Assembly: GCA_051362555.1 (NCBI GenBank) | Contig: CM120644.1 | Location: 24,574,534 to 24,638,533, forward strand | Origin: Lingula anatina | Taxonomy: Eukaryota > Animalia > Brachiopoda | DNA: 64,000 nt | Direction of reading: 5' to 3' | In this document: piece by piece, positions 48,187 to 63,200 of the stretch | Position numbering within the stretch: position 1 is the first letter of the stretch | Layout: every line of letters starts with the position of its first letter | Translations under genes and position numbers: made by a program | Notes under the pieces: generated by a model | What the model was told of the DNA's origin: nothing | Databases searched by the model: none | Seen by the model: only the letters and a program-made list of their open reading frames with translations

Positions 48187-50984
48187 TATACTGTATGTTT
48201 TTATATACCGAGGTACCTGTCTCCAATGATTGGCTGCCAATACCTGTTTTATTAGCCATATATTTTTAAAATAACCTGATATGTTCAGTACCAGACATAG
48301 ATGATTTAAAAAGTATCGCTGGCATTTCTGAAGAAGGCAAGCACTACCCAGCAGTTACAGCGTCAAGGGCGGCAGACGACTACAGGCTCTGGTTTGTAAA
48401 TTTCACTATTCGACCTCACACTACACTAACAGTGGTTATGAAACCGCTGAAAAACAGGAGGACGACGATAAACCGAGTGGACAAATCCACAAAAAACACC
48501 CCGTAGAACATACATTGTAAGTCAACGCTAGCCAAGTCACGCCACGCCGTGCGCTTCCGTGTCTGACCTTTGACCTGGACTATAGGTCTATCACGTGATA
48601 TCAGTGTGGCTGGCAGCAGTAATTGCGCCGTTAGAGTGCCATTAAGGGGAGTTAGTCTTCTTTATTAAGCGAATTACTTTTTTAATGCGTCAAATGTCGT
48701 TGAAATATTATGAGTTAATAGCGTGACACGAAGAAGATATATATACATTCCACTAATACGTGCAAACCACTTTAACAAGTGGAATCAAATGCCTAAGCTT
48801 TAAGCAACGACACCTTTTTGACCAGATAGGCCTTTATGTTTATTCAATAAAACGGCTACAGGATAGTGTTAACGTGATACACATTTTTTGAAGATTGTTT
48901 GATGCCAAAATTGCAGATCAATGTTTGAAAGGTCTTTTTTTTTTTTTTTTTTTTGACGAAACAGGTGGAAAAACAAGTTGGAATATTAGGTATCTAGAGA
49001 ACTGAACGATATTCACATTTCAATCGATAAGGTTTACTTCTCAATTTAAAGACATTTTTCATTCAACTGTTACTGAGATTCATGAAAGGGAATATGTTGA
49101 ATTGCTGTGGGGGCATTGCGTTGTCAAGGCACACCTAAGACACAATTAAAATAGACTACAGTTGGTTGTTTGAATCCAAACCATGTCGTCCATTAACACC
49201 ACTAATAAAACTGAACACGTGTTCACAAACCTCAGCCGACCCATTTGCCCGTCTCTCCCGTTTTCAAGTACACAAAAGTGACTCGTTAATGCAGCTATGA
49301 GTGTCGATTGTGTTTTAGGCTGCGTTTACATTGAAATGATCGTATTAGGTAGTTAGAACTAACTCCAGAGGGACTCTCGATGCTTGACCATCTGGACAGG
49401 GGTTGACCACCCCTTTGACCAAGAAAAAAAACTCATATGTCTGTGGCAATGTCCCTTCATTTTCACCAAAACCAGGTGTTAATGAACACGACTTCTCGTC
49501 AGCCTGAAGTGGTCCACGTATTATTTCATTCAGGTAATAATTATTCTAGTGACCGTGTGTACAAACTAAAAGTCGCCAACCAAATAAGCCAACGGATAAT
49601 TAACTTTATTACCCTAACACGGCCACGTACTTTTGTCAAAACCGTCACGAACGTGGCTTTATTGACCAGCAGTGACCGCCCCTGTTGTCCAGCTCATCAT
49701 GACAACGTGACCACAGCCAAATGACCATTAGCCTCATAGGAACATACACGCTTGGCACTGGATACGTGTTCTTCGCTTAATGAAGCAATTTACACCTTCC
49801 TTGGACAGAATTGGGAAACATTTATAAAGTACTTAGCCCCGCTGTCGACGCGTTATTATAAATTTGCAAACATACAGCAATTTTTATATCTGAATTTTGG
49901 AGCCATTTTAATGCCCCTGGCGGTGAAGGATCTGAATGTCAAGGATGGAAAAATGGATTATTTCGGGGGTTTTGGGGGACGTTTCTTGTTGTGTATCGAC
50001 TTTCTTTTTGAAACAGGTGTGCAGCTTAACCCTAAGGTTGGAGGAGAGAGAGAGAGAGAGCGAGAGAGAGAGGGAGGGAGGGAGTCGTAAAACTCGTTTA
50101 AATAATATTGCACTGCTGATTGTGAATACACAATGAAATAGAACAACCGACAACAACATGAATAATGACTATAATAACAACAACAAAAACAACAATAAAA
50201 ATAGTAATACTAAAAAGTTTTAACTTTTTCAACTTCACCCAAGAAACTCATTTCTGATGTGTGTATTTGCCAGATGAACGACAAACAAAACACAGTGTGT
50301 GTATTATGTGTGTTTTATGTGTGTATGTATCATGATCACATTTCTTCTTTACATTGGCCAAAACAATAGCATAGTAATTACACTTAGAAAAAAAAAATGA
50401 TATTGTTTTTAAACAGATCACTACAAAGTGACTCTCTGGGTGAGTGCATATTGAACATCATTCCAATCATAAAAAGGAAATAATTCACGCAATGATATAC
50501 ACACACCGTCCCGTGACTGAGCCACCGGAACTGAAGAAAGAGAAAATGTCTGGTTGTATTCTAATAACGTCCTGATATTGTTGTACATGTATAGATCATA
50601 GAGAATCGTGAAAGTTGTTAACTGTGCTATGTTGATGAATAAAATAACTATAGCACTTCCACTTCCACTGACTGCTACATCAGCTTCATATAAAGAACCA
50701 CTCACAACACGTGTGGTAGAATTGCCGCCAGGTAAAGCTTTATTTCAAATACTGGGATAACGCTTGCAAACACGGAGATCTCTATACGTTGAATTTAGAA
50801 ATGGGTTAAATACACTACAACGCATTAATTTCAGCGGCACATATTACGTTTATATGACTGTATATACAGCGCAGAATTAACGCGCATGTTGATGTTTTGC
50901 CGCGGGACAAACTTCAACTCAGTTTCTCGGGTAACGGCTAAACAATAGTTTGAGTAACGGAACTCGACCTTGGGAACAACCTTA

Positions 50985-51245
50985 ACAAGTCTATATTTCT
51001 TTACCAGGCACATGATATAGCGGTAAATGTCACATGCCGCCCCATGATACTTCCACCATGGACTAGGATCAGACACAGCGTTCACACCGCCCGGTGTTGA
51101 TCCACTGTTTTCAACCCACCCTCGGACCATAGGGAACCTTGGTGAACACACTGAAGCACTCGGATCGACTCCAATCTGTGATCAACGGGCGCATTGTGAA
51201 CTGGCCCTCACCTCATATGAAACCGCCGCCACCGGAACTCGAACA
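50985..51245 (-). mobile_element. Possible tRNA-derived SINE relic
   Basis: B-box-like GTTCGAGTTCC on the minus strand followed by a GC-rich body; no A box found. Confidence 0.25.
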
Positions 51246-51484
51246 GCGCGTTCCATTCAACAATAAAAAAGTTTACGATTGCTTCAAAGGCTGATTGATA
51301 TTCAACCTCTTCGCTTCCGAAATTTTTAAACAGCTATGTGTGCCAGGCCCTCAGAGTAATTAATTCATTGGTCGTGTATCTGGAATATAATAGACCATTA
51401 TCTCTGCCACGGCCACAGTGAGACGCAGGAGCTAAAGGACACAGAAAGAGGGAGATAGTGAGAGAGTGAGAGACGAAGAACACA

Positions 51485-54201
51485 ATGGCTGGCAAACATG
51501 TCCTTCTCGTAGCGCTCCAAGTTGTATTGTTTTCTGACTGTGTCAATTCGCAGGCGGTTCCTCTTCCAGGCCAGCGACTACCAATAAGTGAGTACAGAAT
51601 TATGTTCTTTTTTTTATATACCCAGAAGAACATTCAGTAGTAAAAAATTATTATCTGAATCCTTATCAGCCTTTTTGTTTCTGCTCAATATATTACACAT
51701 ATATAACCTTTAAAATCCATTTTTGCTCTTGAAGTCTAATCATAAAAAATGAAAAATCCGTGATCAGTTTTCACGACTGCTTTATCCACGGGATGTGTTT
51801 AAAGAAGCTCAGTTCGGGTTTTGAAAGGAGAATAATATGAACGCCCTTTTTATTTCATTTGTACTTCTGCCGTAAGGAACTCGCACACCTTATAAACGGG
51901 TTGGTCCGGTTCATTAGCATCTGATTAGAAATTCAGGGTTAAGAACGCCATAAGGCATCTCCAGTCATTAAAATATGTTAAAGACGTTTTACTTTGTTTT
52001 TAATTAGCTGTCGTATATGTTTCTGTTGTCAGGCGGGTGAAAAAGTTGTACTACACGTACAACTATACTGCAAGGAATTGATGGAATATAACTACAAACT
52101 GCAAAATACTTCACTTATTCTTTTATTAGCTTATGAAGAATAAAAAGCACATAAAACAGCAAGACACCTACAGATTTAAATATCATAGTTTCTTAAATTG
52201 CTTTAAATTGGCTTCTATTGACAACAGCCCTATTGATAATAGTATTATTGACCAACTTCTTCCCTTTTCCCTATCCATAATATGTCAAAATATTAATGAA
52301 TAAAATAAAAAGATAAAATAAAATAAAGATGAAAACACACTAACCTTACTTAGATGTCCATAAGATATAAGACACACAGAGTGCGTTCGTCCCGCATGTT
52401 ACAAAAAACGATTTATTGTCCAGAAAAAACAATGTCAGGAAATATCCCTTTGTCACCATAATTAATCCAAACCGTTTATAAAACCAAGATATAGAAGACT
52501 CCGCTTTCCAGCTGTAAAAATCCATTTTGAGTTTGAATTTATCTATTTGCACGGGCACAAGTGAAGGGCAGCAGTCTCCTCCATTTTTTTTTTTTTTCAA
52601 GACTGACCTAGAACTCATAATCTTTTAATAAATTGTAGTTCTGTGTGCTGTTCTGTTCTGTGATTGAGTGAATGATGTTGGACTTTTGAGGAAAGCAATG
52701 TTTTGCTATGTAAGGGACATGGGCTCAACCTGCGGTTCGTCCGATCGTTAAGGTTAATATTGATACCAAGCACAGGACCTTCCGCCAATTTTACCGATGA
52801 CTTTCTGCCATTGTAGTACTCTAAATATCTTGACTGCCAAATATTAAGTTCTCACCATGAACACTGCCAAACGAATATCTCCTGTACGTCCTCAGTGCGT
52901 TCATCATTTTAACACAGTTCACTAATCAAAATTCTTCAAATCAACGTACTGTACAAGAGAAAACCCTCCTTTCACTGTCTTTAGTTATTTGTTATTTTGA
53001 AACTGTGATGACGTATTCAATGATAGGGAAGGCTTCCTGAAGAGCTCTGTTGATATCTAGATTTGTATTATTTGAAGTTAAGTAAACGTTTACAAGTCTG
53101 GGGATATTGTGAAATATAAAGGAAGGATGTGTTAAATACTTGATGTCCTCAGCATTTCGTCTGGCCACCTTAATTGTGAAAAGAGTGAGGTATGACCTGT
53201 GAAATTAGCGCTTCTCAAATATTAATAGTAATAAGAAATAAGATATATTTACTAGTGTTTTTTCTAGGAATTTAATGTTTTATTTATGTATTAAAACATG
53301 TCACTTTATTGACCGACAAAATACCCCATGCATCAGCCACGGTTCGGCTGTTCGTGTCACCTCATTTGCGGAATAAGCTCAAGTATTCGTCCAGTAATTC
53401 TGCCTACATGGTATATGCTACATGGTTACAATGTAGACAAATCTATAGTATCCCCCGAGGCAGATATGATATAGTCAGCAACACTTCCATCCGCCGCCAC
53501 CATACACCCTACCGGAAAACTGAGATTCCAAACCCCAAAGCGATTTTTGCCCAACTAACAATGGATTTTGCTGTTTGCTTGGTATGAATGTTTTTCTGTT
53601 AGCGCATATTAATTGCCTGCTACATGCCGTTCACTGAGGGCATAAAGACATAAAAGGGAGGAAGTCGGCTTTCCCTCTGGTCAATATGGAAATGCACGTT
53701 GCGTGTGCGCACAGCGCGTCGTTTTTATCATTTTATCCACAGCAAACATTATTTGCATAGAATTGTGTTGTCTGCTGAATTCTATAGCTTCAGTCGATTT
53801 ACTATTGTATTGATGAGAGATTTTCATTTTTTTCTAAATTTTGTAGACATCTTTTTACAATTAAGAGATGGTTAGTCCTGTCTGTTGCATACGGACCAAA
53901 ACCGCTCAATTTTTCTTTAATTCATGATCAACGAACGGCGACGTCACACTTCTTAGCCTGCAATTTAATACTGAATAAACAAGATGTCATTAAAGGGATA
54001 ACAACTGTTCGTATGGGATCCATATTTCACAATTAATACATTGTAAACAAGTCATAGACTGGGTTCCAGGTCTGGCTCGATCTAACAGGATCATACCAAC
54101 ACCATGGCGTTTTCTCGCTAAATTGCTTTCAGCCTAAGCGGCTTAGATGTCTGCTTGCCACATGACATCCGTAGGTGGCTATCCTCTGTGATGATCTCTT
54201 T

Positions 54202-54249
<48 letters not shown>

Positions 54250-57200
54250 AACTATCTTTGAATGTCGAAACTGATTCGTTAACCATTAATATGCATTGAA
54301 AATCGTCATTTACCCCAGGAAAATCCTTTTTTACCAAAATGAACAGTTTTGTCTCTTTAAAGCCGCGCATGTATAGAACAGGTGAACCACAGGCATGAAT
54401 TGAAATCAATATAAAACCGAATAAGGGGTGTCCGACGTTGCTCCAAGAATTACAACGGGACTGTTACGACTACATCAGGGTTAATTACACTCTCTTTACA
54501 AAAAATATTGAATACATGTATAAAATACAGAGTCAGGCTGAGGATGGGTTTGTTAATTTTTTTAAGAACACTGTGTTTTCCCTCCCGCATTTATGACCAT
54601 GCACTATGAATATGTGCGACCTTGATCCAACTTTGAAAATAACCTTTTTCCATATGTACGCCCGGTTTAAGAATCGAACTGATAGGAACTCCAAGGAGAT
54701 TTGCTAGTGTCACTTGTTCAGACTTGTGAAGATTCTTTTGTCTATAGCTATTTATATTAGTTTGATCTTACCATCCAATATTTCATCTGCTTGCAGTCAG
54801 ATTTCATCAGGGAATGAGGTTGTGACAGGTATGACAACCTGTCACCCCCTCTGGTGTGCTATTTGGTCAGATCCCCCCCCCCCTTTCCTGCCCCTCCCTT
54901 AGGAGTGGTAGGTAGAGGTTGGGTAGCTCAGTCCCATCATTCCGATTCAACTTGGCCCCATGTAAGCGGATGTTAATTGCTTCAAGAACTTTCCGGTGTG
55001 GATCTCGTGGCTCTCTTTCCAAGACTTGACTTTCGTCACTTGTTCAGTTTTTATACCATCAGTGTTGGGACTATCAGGAACGAGTAGATGTTTTTCTAAA
55101 CCAAGTAAACAGTTCAACGTTTTTAGGGTTAATTGGTATGCTTTCCTGCTTTCTGCACCTACGTTAAACGGTGAGTTTGCTTCCGGTTTTGCTGTTTGTA
55201 GTTTGCAAAACAAATGGAGAGGGGAGTATACATGTATACGATCATTGTTTTCCATTTCAGCCAACGGTTTCATTTTAACGCAGACAAATGCCTTCGGTCC
55301 AAGAGTAGCTAATGGCGTGCCAGTGGGGAGACCAATCCCTGGCATTAACGATGAAAGAGAATGTTTAGCAGCCTGCATCCAGGACGGCACGTGCGCCGGT
55401 GTGGACTTCTTCCGGGCCACCACCACGTGCATCATCCAGTCGTCGACCACTATTTGCGTCCCGTCGAGCGTCGGGACTGCTGTCACCGTCTACACTAAGT
55501 TCCCGTGCGGTAAGTTAACCTTGTGGCAATAATAGCAACCATATTTCATTTATAATAGTTAAAATTTCCCTCTTTCTCTAGTATAATGACGACAAAGGAT
55601 AAAGCGTTCTAAAAAAATGTGAACGCGTTTTTCACCTATAAGAAATGGCCGAAACGCCATGCTTCAAAGATACTCCATGTCGCATAGGCTCTTTTATCAT
55701 TAATAATGCTTATTTCATGTTTTGATAATTAATTTGCTTTTGAAAACAGAGCTTTGAAAAAAATGACCAGTTGTATCAATGCTGTTTCCCGAATCGTACA
55801 TGTATGTACATACACAGTTCAGTCTCATGGCGCAACGGTGCAAAAATCCACATATATTAATTAATCAACACTACTCACGTATTCTGAAATATGCTTTTGT
55901 TCCCGGTCACCAGGCTTTGACGTCGTGTCCAGGAACGCGCACGTGCCAGGCGGCACCATGCAGCCGAATTTCAGCGGCACAGCTCTCCAGTGTTTACAGC
56001 TGTGCCTTAGCAACCCTCAGTGTCGGGCCGCTGACTACAACCAGGACGGGTCTTGCTGGCTCCACGGGGAAGACACGGCCTGCAACGCGCTGGTCAAGAA
56101 ACCGAACTGCGACCACTACGTGCGAGTGGGAGCGTGTATAGTTGCAGGTGAGTTGAGTGTGCTAGGTGTTCTCCACAGTGTGTTAGTTGTGCCATATGAA
56201 TTGTGTTCTACCCTGCTGTAGTACTATGCAGTGTGTCACATAACGTCCGATCACATACGCTCCACCTCCCTGGCCGAATACAGAATTACCAGACACGAAA
56301 CGTAAGATGTGAAAACTATTGTGACCCAATTTTTTCGGAGTTCTTTTACGCCTGGATTGCTCTGATGTGACGGGAAAGGTAAACCTCCAGCAACCGTATG
56401 CGTTCTCCATCACTTTAATTTGTGGCACTCATCCTATCTGCTAACCCCAGTACTTTGACTGACTGTAACCTGCAGTGATCATATGCTACCCCGGCCTTTC
56501 ATCCACAGAACTATCATTCCTATTACTCCGGTGCTTGACTGTACTTTGAACTTGCTATCATATCATCGTCAGTGTTAAATATTGACTCGGACGCCATACT
56601 TTGTCTCAGTTTCTTATTCTATGTCATCTTCACTTGGACCAGTTCAACAAACGGCCCTGTATTCAACACTTAGTCCAACTTACAGTTCCACGTTGTTCAG
56701 AGATCAAGAAGGGTTCTATAATCGCTTTAGTCCTAGCCACCCTCCCACCCCCACCCCCCCTCCCAGTACCTCATGCAAGCCTTCGTGGTCCAACCCACTA
56801 ACTGATTATCAAATAAATTCTGATGATAAAATTCAATGCCACTGTTATTTCAGATACGCCACCTAGGGACTTCGCCTCGGTCAGCCGTAACACTGCTATC
56901 CAAGGTGGGGTGCTCCAGCGAGGCCTTCACGAGCCCCGCCAGTGCCTCCTCTACTGCCAGATGAACTCCAACTGCCGTGCCTACGACTTCAACTTCAGGG
57001 ACCGGACCTGCTTCCACCACGACCAGAACACCGTCTGTAATACCCGGATGTCAGTGCAGCAGGTGATCCACGTGACCAAGTGCACGAGCTGCGCGGGAGG
57101 ACAGTGCATGCTGCGTGAGTATTTGGGAGAAAGAGGGGGTGAAGTTGTGACGTGATGTTCAGTGAGACTTGATGAAGACCATTCCCTTAGCCAGGGGGTT

Positions 57201-60200
57201 CTTGGGGGGGGGGGGGGCTTGAAAGAACCACACTTTTTTCCAGGGAAAGGTGCATTCTGGATAAAATATGATCTAGGTGCACAAAGGTTTTACTGTAAAA
57301 GGTCCACTATTTCAGAGAAAGAACCCCCCTCTCGACATTGCTGGCTACAGGCCGGAAGATGTTCATGGTACCTACAGAATGCTGAAAGTGCTTGGTTCGG
57401 GAGATAACGATGTCCAGAGAGCGAGGAGTCAGGGTTAATGGCGGATAGCTGCAGGGGCGGATCCAGAGATATATTCTGACAGTCTTCCAAGTTATGTTTA
57501 TTGATCCACCCTCCACTTTTAACCGTCTTCCAACCGAAAAAATTGAGACCCGTCAATGTAAACTTGAAAATCTGACCGTCTTCCGGAAGACCCAGAAGAC
57601 AGCCTCAATCCGCCCCTATAGCTCACACCGCATTATTTGAAATGTTGAATAAAGTCTTACTGCTTGCCTGCTTTCCTACATATCATTTCTAATACATATA
57701 CACTTTTCAACTTCCATCAAAGAATTAAAGTATCTGTTTTATATTTTCTTGTAGTACAAACACCAACGCCATCAACGGCACCAACAACATCCAATACGGT
57801 CGCCCCGACAGCAGGGGCAGTGACGAACCCTCCCCTTATCATCGCCTCTGGGTCCGGGATGTCAGGTGAGTATACAGGCACTTAATCCACGTGACTGGGA
57901 CGCACGAAGAGTGAGAATATATCCAAAAATCTATAAAAGCTGCTTTCTAACTGCAATCCTCTTGGAGTCAATGGTCGTTTCAGAATACTGCGTTGACACA
58001 AATTATTTATACTATCATATCAAACTTTGAGTCTACTCTGATGAAAGTTAAATCACTAGTTGATCAGTTACGTATGTGGCGCCTGTTTTATAACAAAATG
58101 ATATAGGGATAGGTTTTAAACCAATCCTTACCTTATCCAAGCCGACTGCTGTTGCTTTATCTTGGACAAAAAGGCGAACTTACCGGATGTAAAATTAAGA
58201 CCAATTCCTGGTCTCAGTTCTTTTCCTCTGTTTTGTAACTCGTGTTTCTCCCTTGGTGTCCAATGTAACATATGTCTTCAACTCTTCCTTTTCATTTCTC
58301 AGTAACTCAAGGCGTTCACATAATCGGTGGAATCCTGCAGCCAACAATCCGAAACTTCACCATGTGTGCGACCACGTGCCTCAGTTTCTCTGTTGAAAGT
58401 TGCCCGGGCTTCGACTTCAACGCCGCCCAGCGGGCGTGCTTCTTCCACACCAACACCACCATCTGTAACGACCTGGTGGCCAAGCCGTCCTGCACTAACT
58501 ACCGGAGGGTACCCTGTGGATCGGGTGAGTTGTTCAAACTGAAAGACATTCTTAAGACTGAAAGAGAAATTGTAGGGTTGATTTTGATACTGTTACGGTT
58601 TCCTTTTGTCTGTCCATGTTAAACCAATGGTAATACTGTATGAGTTACTGTTTCTAATAAGATGCCCGGTTTTAAATCATTTCTGTATGTGATGGCGGGT
58701 TCGAGCTCACTTATGATGCATATTCACTCAATGTATTAATGATTTATCAGTGTTTTCGTTGTTATTCCAGGCAGCGGAGGGACGGGACAAGGCTGTAAGT
58801 ATGATTTGATTTCAACAGAACCTGATTATTAAAAAAAAATTTTCCCACTAGGACCGATTTTTTATATCATTGTCGCATTGATAATCAAGAGCATTGTCCG
58901 GCCTTTTCGTTTTCTTCAAACCCACCTTTTATATACTTTGCTCTATTCTAACCGTAATACAAAGGAAACCGCTGGTGAAGTTATCAATCAAAATAACTAC
59001 TTTATTATAAACACACACTGGACAATAGTAATGTGTCACCCCCTGAGTCAAAGTAATCAAAGTTATTAACCTGAAGAGGTGGAAAATAAGCAATGTCAGA
59101 ATATCGTTACAGTTGAATTGTTCAGTCAGAACCGTTACTTTTATGAAATTTGATGTCAATTAAATGATACCAGGAACATATCATTCCACAGTCATTTATC
59201 TCCCCCAAAGTGTTGGTTCAGTAGGGGTGACACTTCTATTGTCCAGTGTGTGTACACGAAGATAAATGTAAAAATGTGAAATAAATTTTGTTATTATTTT
59301 TAATATATCTACATGTATTAATTCCTAAAATTCTTATTCATTGTCTGTTTACTTTGCATTATCAGTGAGAGGTGCTCTCGATGGCTAGCGTTGTCGTTTC
59401 ATCTGTAGGACTGCAATGACTATTTGTATTACATATGCATCTCTTTATTTATCACATTCTCCCTGTCAATTTCCCAGTCACCCAGAACGTCCACATTATC
59501 GGCGGCGTCCTGCAACCCTTACTTCGTGATCTTGCCTCCTGCATGGCCATGTGCTCCCAACTGTCCCTGGAGAGTTGTGGCGGCTTTGACTACAGCAGTG
59601 ACCAGCGTGCCTGCTTCTTCCACACTAACCGCACCATCTGCAACAACTTGGTGCCCAAGGTGAGGGTGCTGATAGCTTAGAACACATTCAGAACAGCGGA
59701 AATATGGTTGACCCACTTGAATGCTTGTTGCGTAATCCCTGTCTGTGTTTAAGGCCACACTTTTTTTATGGTGACATCCTGCGCGCGCACCGATTTTCGT
59801 CCGTTCTCCGAAAAAAATCACCTTTCTACGAAGTATTCACAATGCTTGTGTGGTAAATTTGTGTTTCCCACTGTGTACTGACAGCATCCCTTTACTTAAG
59901 CAGTATTTTTCTTTTTTGGACTGTTTTTTTTTTCGCCCTCTTGCACCGATTTCGGGGTCCCCAGAGGATATCATCCATAAAAATAAAAAAGTGTGGCCTA
60001 ATCGGAAATAAAGCGACAAGCTTTTCAGTTGGTCGCCATATTTGATCCGCGGATCTGTTAGTCCTCTGTTCTCAATGCGCTCTTAAAGGGATTGATACTG
60101 CTTTAAAATGTCGTGAATGTGACGACTTCCAACGTGCACTTGGTGTATGACGGTTAAGAATGTTTCGACAGCAGAGACGCTGCGTGCTGTGAATCTCGTA

Positions 60201-63200
60201 GATGTCAGGCCCTTGCATGTCACAACAGTAAGACTATTCATGTTAGTGAAATTTTCAGTGTATACGACTTCCTGAAACCCAAGGCTCTGTGGGGGCATTG
60301 GGTTAAATATTGGAGACAAAATATGAGAATATTAATCTTCCAGAGCAAGACGAGAACGGACTTGGATAAAAGAACCCAAAATGAATGCCTCCACGGTCAG
60401 GAATGTTCAACATAGATTTAATACCACTTATACTATATGCAAATGTCTCCATTCAAAACATTTTCCATTAAAAATCATATCTATTTAATAGCCAAACTGC
60501 GTCAACTTCCGCCGTCAGTCGTGCAGTGCAGACACGATGACTACGATGACTACGATGCCTACCACTGAGACCCCGAACACCGCCGTGTCCATGCCCACAC
60601 CCCCCTCCTTCCCAAACGGTAAGACAGCCTTCTGTGCGTGGAAGGAATAGTGTGAACTGTATTTCTAGATAGTTGAAGACCAGGCCTACCCAACTACCAG
60701 ACTCAGCACTTAAGGATCCTGAATTAACCGGTATATCGGACCACACTACCCGTTTTCAAGGTATGTGTCAGATCGCATTTGGGAGTATCAGTCAGAACAC
60801 CGACAGGATGAGCCCACGGTCGTCCTACAAAATTTGTTCAGGGGTATGATACTTCGAAATGCGATCTGACACACCTTGAAACGGGTAGGTGGCCCGATAT
60901 ACCGGTTAATTCAGGATCCTTATGTGCCGAGTCTGGTAGTTGGGTAGGCCTGAAGACCACCGCTTTCAATTTCTACTCTAAGCAGGTGTGGCAGGAAGGG
61001 AAGTTCTAGGAATGGACGTCTGGGGTCCCATTTGATAAGTACAGGTTTGGGTTGTTCGGAGTATTGGGGTTAGAATATGGGACGAATGTCACCTGTACAA
61101 AGTAATAGGGAACGAACTACGGTTCCTAGCTGACTACCATTCCTGTCACACCTGGAAAAGTAATATAAAGGGACATGACAATGTTGTACTTTATTAATTA
61201 GATTTTTTTTATATAATACAGTGATAGGTAATAGACGTTGAAGTGTTGTGTGCAAAGATTTTTTTCTAATTCAGCCTTTACTGTAATAACGTATGCTGAG
61301 TACTCTCTATTGACAGTAATTTTTAAATATTTTGAAATAATTTTTTAGATTTAAAAATGTGGTAAGCGTTGTGACAGAGGTCATGGTGCCTTTGAATTTC
61401 TAAAGTAGTGATGCAGAGTATATTGAGTTTCACATATCCCGCAGACTACAATGCAAATTTAGCTTAATCAAGACATTTTTCTTTATTTCAGGAATCATAC
61501 AAGGTAAGAGGTTTTTGAGTTTTGCTGATAGAATATGGAAAAGTTCCGTTATTTGAAAGACAATACTAGGACCGCCATTCGCCTCTGTTTTGGATGTTTG
61601 AAGACGAAACGCATTTCCAATCGCTTGTGGTATTTTACCTTAAACCAACATTTGCTGACGAGGGCCAGCTACGTGCAACGGTGCCGCCTCTTTCTGAAGG
61701 TGTCGGTTCCTGAACCCCAATGATATATGTGCAAACTAACGCGTGTCGTGGTTATAGACGACATCAGTCCTATACAATGAACGTATCGCGGATATTACTG
61801 TCTCCGGAGTCAATGTTGTCACAGGTTTTATCACCTGTATGTTCGAATACGTCTCCTTGTTGTGAAACGGCCGCGTTTGCTGACCCTGAAATTACCACTC
61901 TTCTCATTTGGGATTCTCAATTTGTTTTTTACCGTTTTAATTTTGAAATTACGTTGCTATTTGAGTCGATGTTCACTTGCTTTGGTTGGGACAAATATTT
62001 TCAATCGTTTTACGATCGCAACTTTAAGAACTGATTTAAGGTAATTGGTGTTGATGATTTGAGGGGGCGTGTGTTTTTTTCTATGTGGTATTTCTCTCAT
62101 CAGTCACAAGAACTGGGTATATTTGGATTGTCACAGAATAAGTTAACACCGGATTCACAAAGGGTTCGCATTTTTATTTTGGTGAAAGATTCAAATCAAA
62201 GTTTTGTTATGTCAAGTTTTGGAAATGTCGTACAATTTTAGTCGTGTGGGGGTATTTCATAGTTTTATATACTCGGGGCGTCGTTCTCAATGTTGATTTT
62301 ATGTTTTATTTATAGATTGATTGAAGGATGTTTTATTCATTTATGCCTTCTGTTACTTTGCTTTTATGTACTTTATTTTATGCAGCAAGCAATGGTTATC
62401 ACATAAATGGCGGCGTCTTGATCCAAGGCATCAGTGACGCTGCCACGTGCGCGGCCCGCTGTGTGGCCCTCCCCCTCTCCCTCTGCCAGGCCATTGACTT
62501 CAACAGCCGGACGTCCAGGTGTTACTTCCACTCCCCCCGGACAGCCTGTAACACCCTGCTAGCCAAGGCCCACTGTGTCAACTACAGGCGGGTCAGGTGT
62601 ACAGGTGAGGCACGCCTTATTTACCTGTCTGTTCAAATGTTATATCAGGGTAGTACGTGACGTCATGCTGACGTCACATCAATAATTAAGGTAAACGGTT
62701 CTGACTATTAATGATATTGTCTCCTTTTGTCACAGCGACCATTTGTGTTTGTGTGCTTCAGTGGGGGCCTTATCTATGACCCCATTCCCAGAGATTAGAT
62801 CGATCCAACTAGACGGACCTAACTCCCTGGGGGTTCACGCTAAATAGCTGTCAGGCGAGCGGGCACGAAAGTTAATTACCCCCTTGCAGTAGGCGGGACG
62901 GACATTTAAGCCGGATTATCTGACAGTAATCTAGTGAGACTCCCCACGGGGATAGATCGATCTAAAATCTATGGGAATGCTCCCTAAACGGTCGCAGTTA
63001 TCATGACGTAAAAAGATAAAGGTATTTTAATTGTAACACACACACCGTCTAATATCTGAAATATATTAAGATTTTTTTGCTGTTGCTGATGATAATTGTT
63101 GCTGTACTTACTTCAGGATCCTACCAAGCACCTCACCAACCCACCTACAGCCATCGAGTCCACCACGCCCCCGCCAAGCCAGTGCACCACGCCCCCGCCA

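Noticed and set aside
54947-55486. 179-aa minus-strand ORF and other antisense ORFs over TRIM, KLHL10 and PAN exons
   Set aside because: Shadow frames of GC-richer sense exons with no independent domain signal
60681-60952. Reading the foldback element as CAGG-ended with a 5-bp TSD (AAGAC)
   Set aside because: Moving each end in by 2 bp gives a perfect 9-bp TSD (TGAAGACCA) with GG termini, which is a better fit to MULEs
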